A stretch of 64,000 nt of DNA from Spirochaetota bacterium (GTDB taxonomy: Bacteria; Spirochaetota; UBA4802; UBA5550): positions 5,509 through 69,508 of the forward strand of contig JBGSQT010000014.1 of the NCBI GenBank assembly GCA_041737965.1, read 5' to 3'. This document shows, piece by piece, positions 62,404 to 64,000 of this stretch. Each line of letters begins with the position of its first letter. Positions within the stretch are counted from its first letter, which is position 1. The notes below the pieces were generated by a model that did no database searches, was not told the DNA's origin, and saw only the letters and a list, made by a program, of their open reading frames with translations. Position numbers and translations under genes: made by a program.

Positions 62404-63663
62404 ATGACGGCGCGAATACTCACGCCGGAACGGTTTTTTTTCGACGGTGAATCCCCCGCCGATCCCTTTATCGCGATGAGGCTGATCGGATCGCGGTCCC
62501 GGCGAGTTGCCGTCGCGACCGCGCTAATTTCAGGAGTGTTCACCGCCGTTGCGGCCGCGGCCGCGGGATTTCTGTTTCCATGGCAGGCGGCAGCGGGCGT
62601 CTCAGTTCCCGTATACATCATCTCCGCGCTCTCCATTCACTCGTATCTGAAAATCCGCGGTTTCCCCCTTTCCCTCAACTACGGCGACATCGACAGGAAA
62701 AGTTTTTTCCATACGCTGAAGGAGCGCATACTCGATCTTTCCGAGGCCGACGGGCTGTGGCATGTGAGCTCGGTATCGGCAAATCCGGACCCGGGGAGCT
62801 CCGGCGGCGCACCTGAACTATACAGGAGAGGCGCGGTTTCGGTGCGCCTCGAGACGCCGGATTTCATAATCGCCAACACCGGCATCCCCTGCGTGAAATC
62901 TGGCGGGATGGCGCTCTATTTTTTCCCGGATTTTCTTCTGACGCGGAGCGGGGCCCGGTACCGTGCTGTCCCCTACGCCCTGCTGGGTATCCTCTATCAG
63001 GAGAAGCCCTATGTAGAGCGGGGGGGCCTGCCCAGGGACGCCGATGTCATCGGACGGGTCTGGCTCCATCCGACCAAAAGCGGCGCGCCGGACCGGCGGT
63101 ATAAGATAAACAGAAAGATACCGGTGGCGCTGTACGGTGAGCTGATAATTTCCGCCGACCCCGGAATGGAGTTCCGGTTTCAGATGTCCCTCAGAAAGTG
63201 CGCCCGGTCCCTGTCGTCGCATCTGGGGGCCATGGCGCGAAGCTACGAGGAGCGGCGCTACACAAGGGAAAAAGAGAAAGCCGGCGGTCGCGCATCGGGA
63301 CGCGACCGTTCTGCCGGCGCGGGGGATGAGAGGGAGGCCCGATACTGGCATGAAAGGAACAGGGCCCGGAGGTTCGGCGGTGATAAAAACCGGAGCGGGA
63401 AACGCACGGAGGGGGGCGATCGAGGGGACGAACGAAGCGGTGGGTCCCTGCACCGCGGCGTCATCGGCCGGGGCGATGCTTTCAGGATTCTCGGTCTGCC
63501 GGAATCGGCGAGTGCTTCCGATATCACGAGGGCATACCGTTCTCTGGTAAAGAAATATCATCCCGACAAATTGTCGGCCGGGAGCGATTCGGAAAAACAT
63601 CACGCCGGAGAAAGGATCAGGGAGATCAACCGCGCCTACGATGAGCTGAAACGCCGGAGGTGA
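62404..63663 (+). CDS. Membrane protein with C-terminal J-domain (DnaJ-like co-chaperone)
   Basis: Two N-terminal TM segments are followed by an unknown central domain and an Arg/Gly/Glu/Asp-rich linker. The J-domain is DAFRILGLPESASASDITRAYRSLVKKYHPDKL...INRAYDEL. I chose the ATG at 62404. Confidence 0.7.
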   Translation: MTARILTPERFFFDGESPADPFIAMRLIGSRSRRVAVATALISGVFTAVAAAAAGFLFPWQAAAGVSVPVYIISALSIHSYLKIRGFPLSLNYGDIDRKSFFHTLKERILDLSEADGLWHVSSVSANPDPGSSGGAPELYRRGAVSVRLETPDFIIANTGIPCVKSGGMALYFFPDFLLTRSGARYRAVPYALLGILYQEKPYVERGGLPRDADVIGRVWLHPTKSGAPDRRYKINRKIPVALYGELIISADPGMEFRFQMSLRKCARSLSSHLGAMARSYEERRYTREKEKAGGRASGRDRSAGAGDEREARYWHERNRARRFGGDKNRSGKRTEGGDRGDERSGGSLHRGVIGRGDAFRILGLPESASASDITRAYRSLVKKYHPDKLSAGSDSEKHHAGERIREINRAYDELKRRR

Positions 63664-63776
63664 TGCTTTATTCCGGCCGAACGCCCCGATCCGGGGCCCT
63701 GAAACTCACACGCATGGCCCTTGCGCCCCGCCGGTTTGTATCCGCCTGCCGGCCTCCGATTAATCCGCATTTGGTG

Positions 63777-63805
63777 TTGACACTTCCGCGGAAATTGCAT
63801 ATCAT
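63777..63805 (+). promoter_or_regulatory. Near-consensus sigma70-type promoter
   Basis: The pattern is TTGACA (63777-63782), a 17-nt spacer, then TATCAT (63800-63805). It lies about 75 nt upstream of the ATG at 63881. Confidence 0.5.
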
Positions 63806-63880
63806 CGTATCATACGCTATAGAGATCTCACCGGTATTGGGCCCGCTGATTAAACTTACACAAACACCCGGAGGTGTTGT

Positions 63881-64000
63881 ATGACAGTGAAGCTCCGTTT
63901 AAAAACAGCGCTCGTTTCGGGACTCTTTTTCATCTCCGCGGGGGGGGTGTTCCTCCATTTTTTCATTCATGAGCCCCAGAAGCACGACTACGGACTTGTC
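63881..64000 (+). CDS. 5' part of a membrane-protein gene (runs off the window)
   Basis: GGAGGTG lies 5 nt upstream of the ATG. The translation is MTVKLRLKTALVSGLFFISAGGVFLHFFIHEPQKHDYGLV and the frame is open to the window end. Confidence 0.4.
   Translation, partial: MTVKLRLKTALVSGLFFISAGGVFLHFFIHEPQKHDYGLV

Noticed and set aside
1-64000. tRNA, rRNA, tmRNA and CRISPR arrays.
   Set aside because: I scanned the intergenic regions for T-loop-like GGTTCGAATCC strings and for regularly spaced direct repeats and found none. This is eye inspection only; tRNAscan/Infernal/CRISPR finders should confirm.

Overview
This is a 64 kb chromosomal window from a high-G+C bacterium. Gene content suggests an anaerobe of deltaproteobacterial/Desulfobacterota type, but that is inference only. 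About 65 protein genes are supportable. I found no rRNA, tRNA or CRISPR array by eye. Main blocks: (1) an anaerobic CO-dehydrogenase cluster, cooS-cooC-(MetE/MtaA-like Zn methyltransferase)-cooC, at the left edge; (2) lipase plus putative foldase, and a response-regulator/PAS/HisKA_2 kinase; (3) a metal ABC importer facing a secreted poly-Asp mini-protein; (4) a pdaD-speB-deoxyhypusine-synthase-like polyamine operon; (5) metG, FadL-like and other envelope genes; (6) a visibly lower-G+C island (about 39.8-45.4 kb) with an IS5-type transposase remnant, orphan lipoproteins and a second pdaD; (7) a tightly coupled operon of lysine 2,3-aminomutase, two Ddl-like ATP-grasp ligases and a GNAT, which I cannot assign to a known pathway and rank as the best novel-system candidate; (8) dapL, crcB-DUF190, murI, def and other housekeeping genes. 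Many long track ORFs are antisense or out-of-frame artefacts of the high G+C. All family calls come from motifs read by eye. No searches were run.
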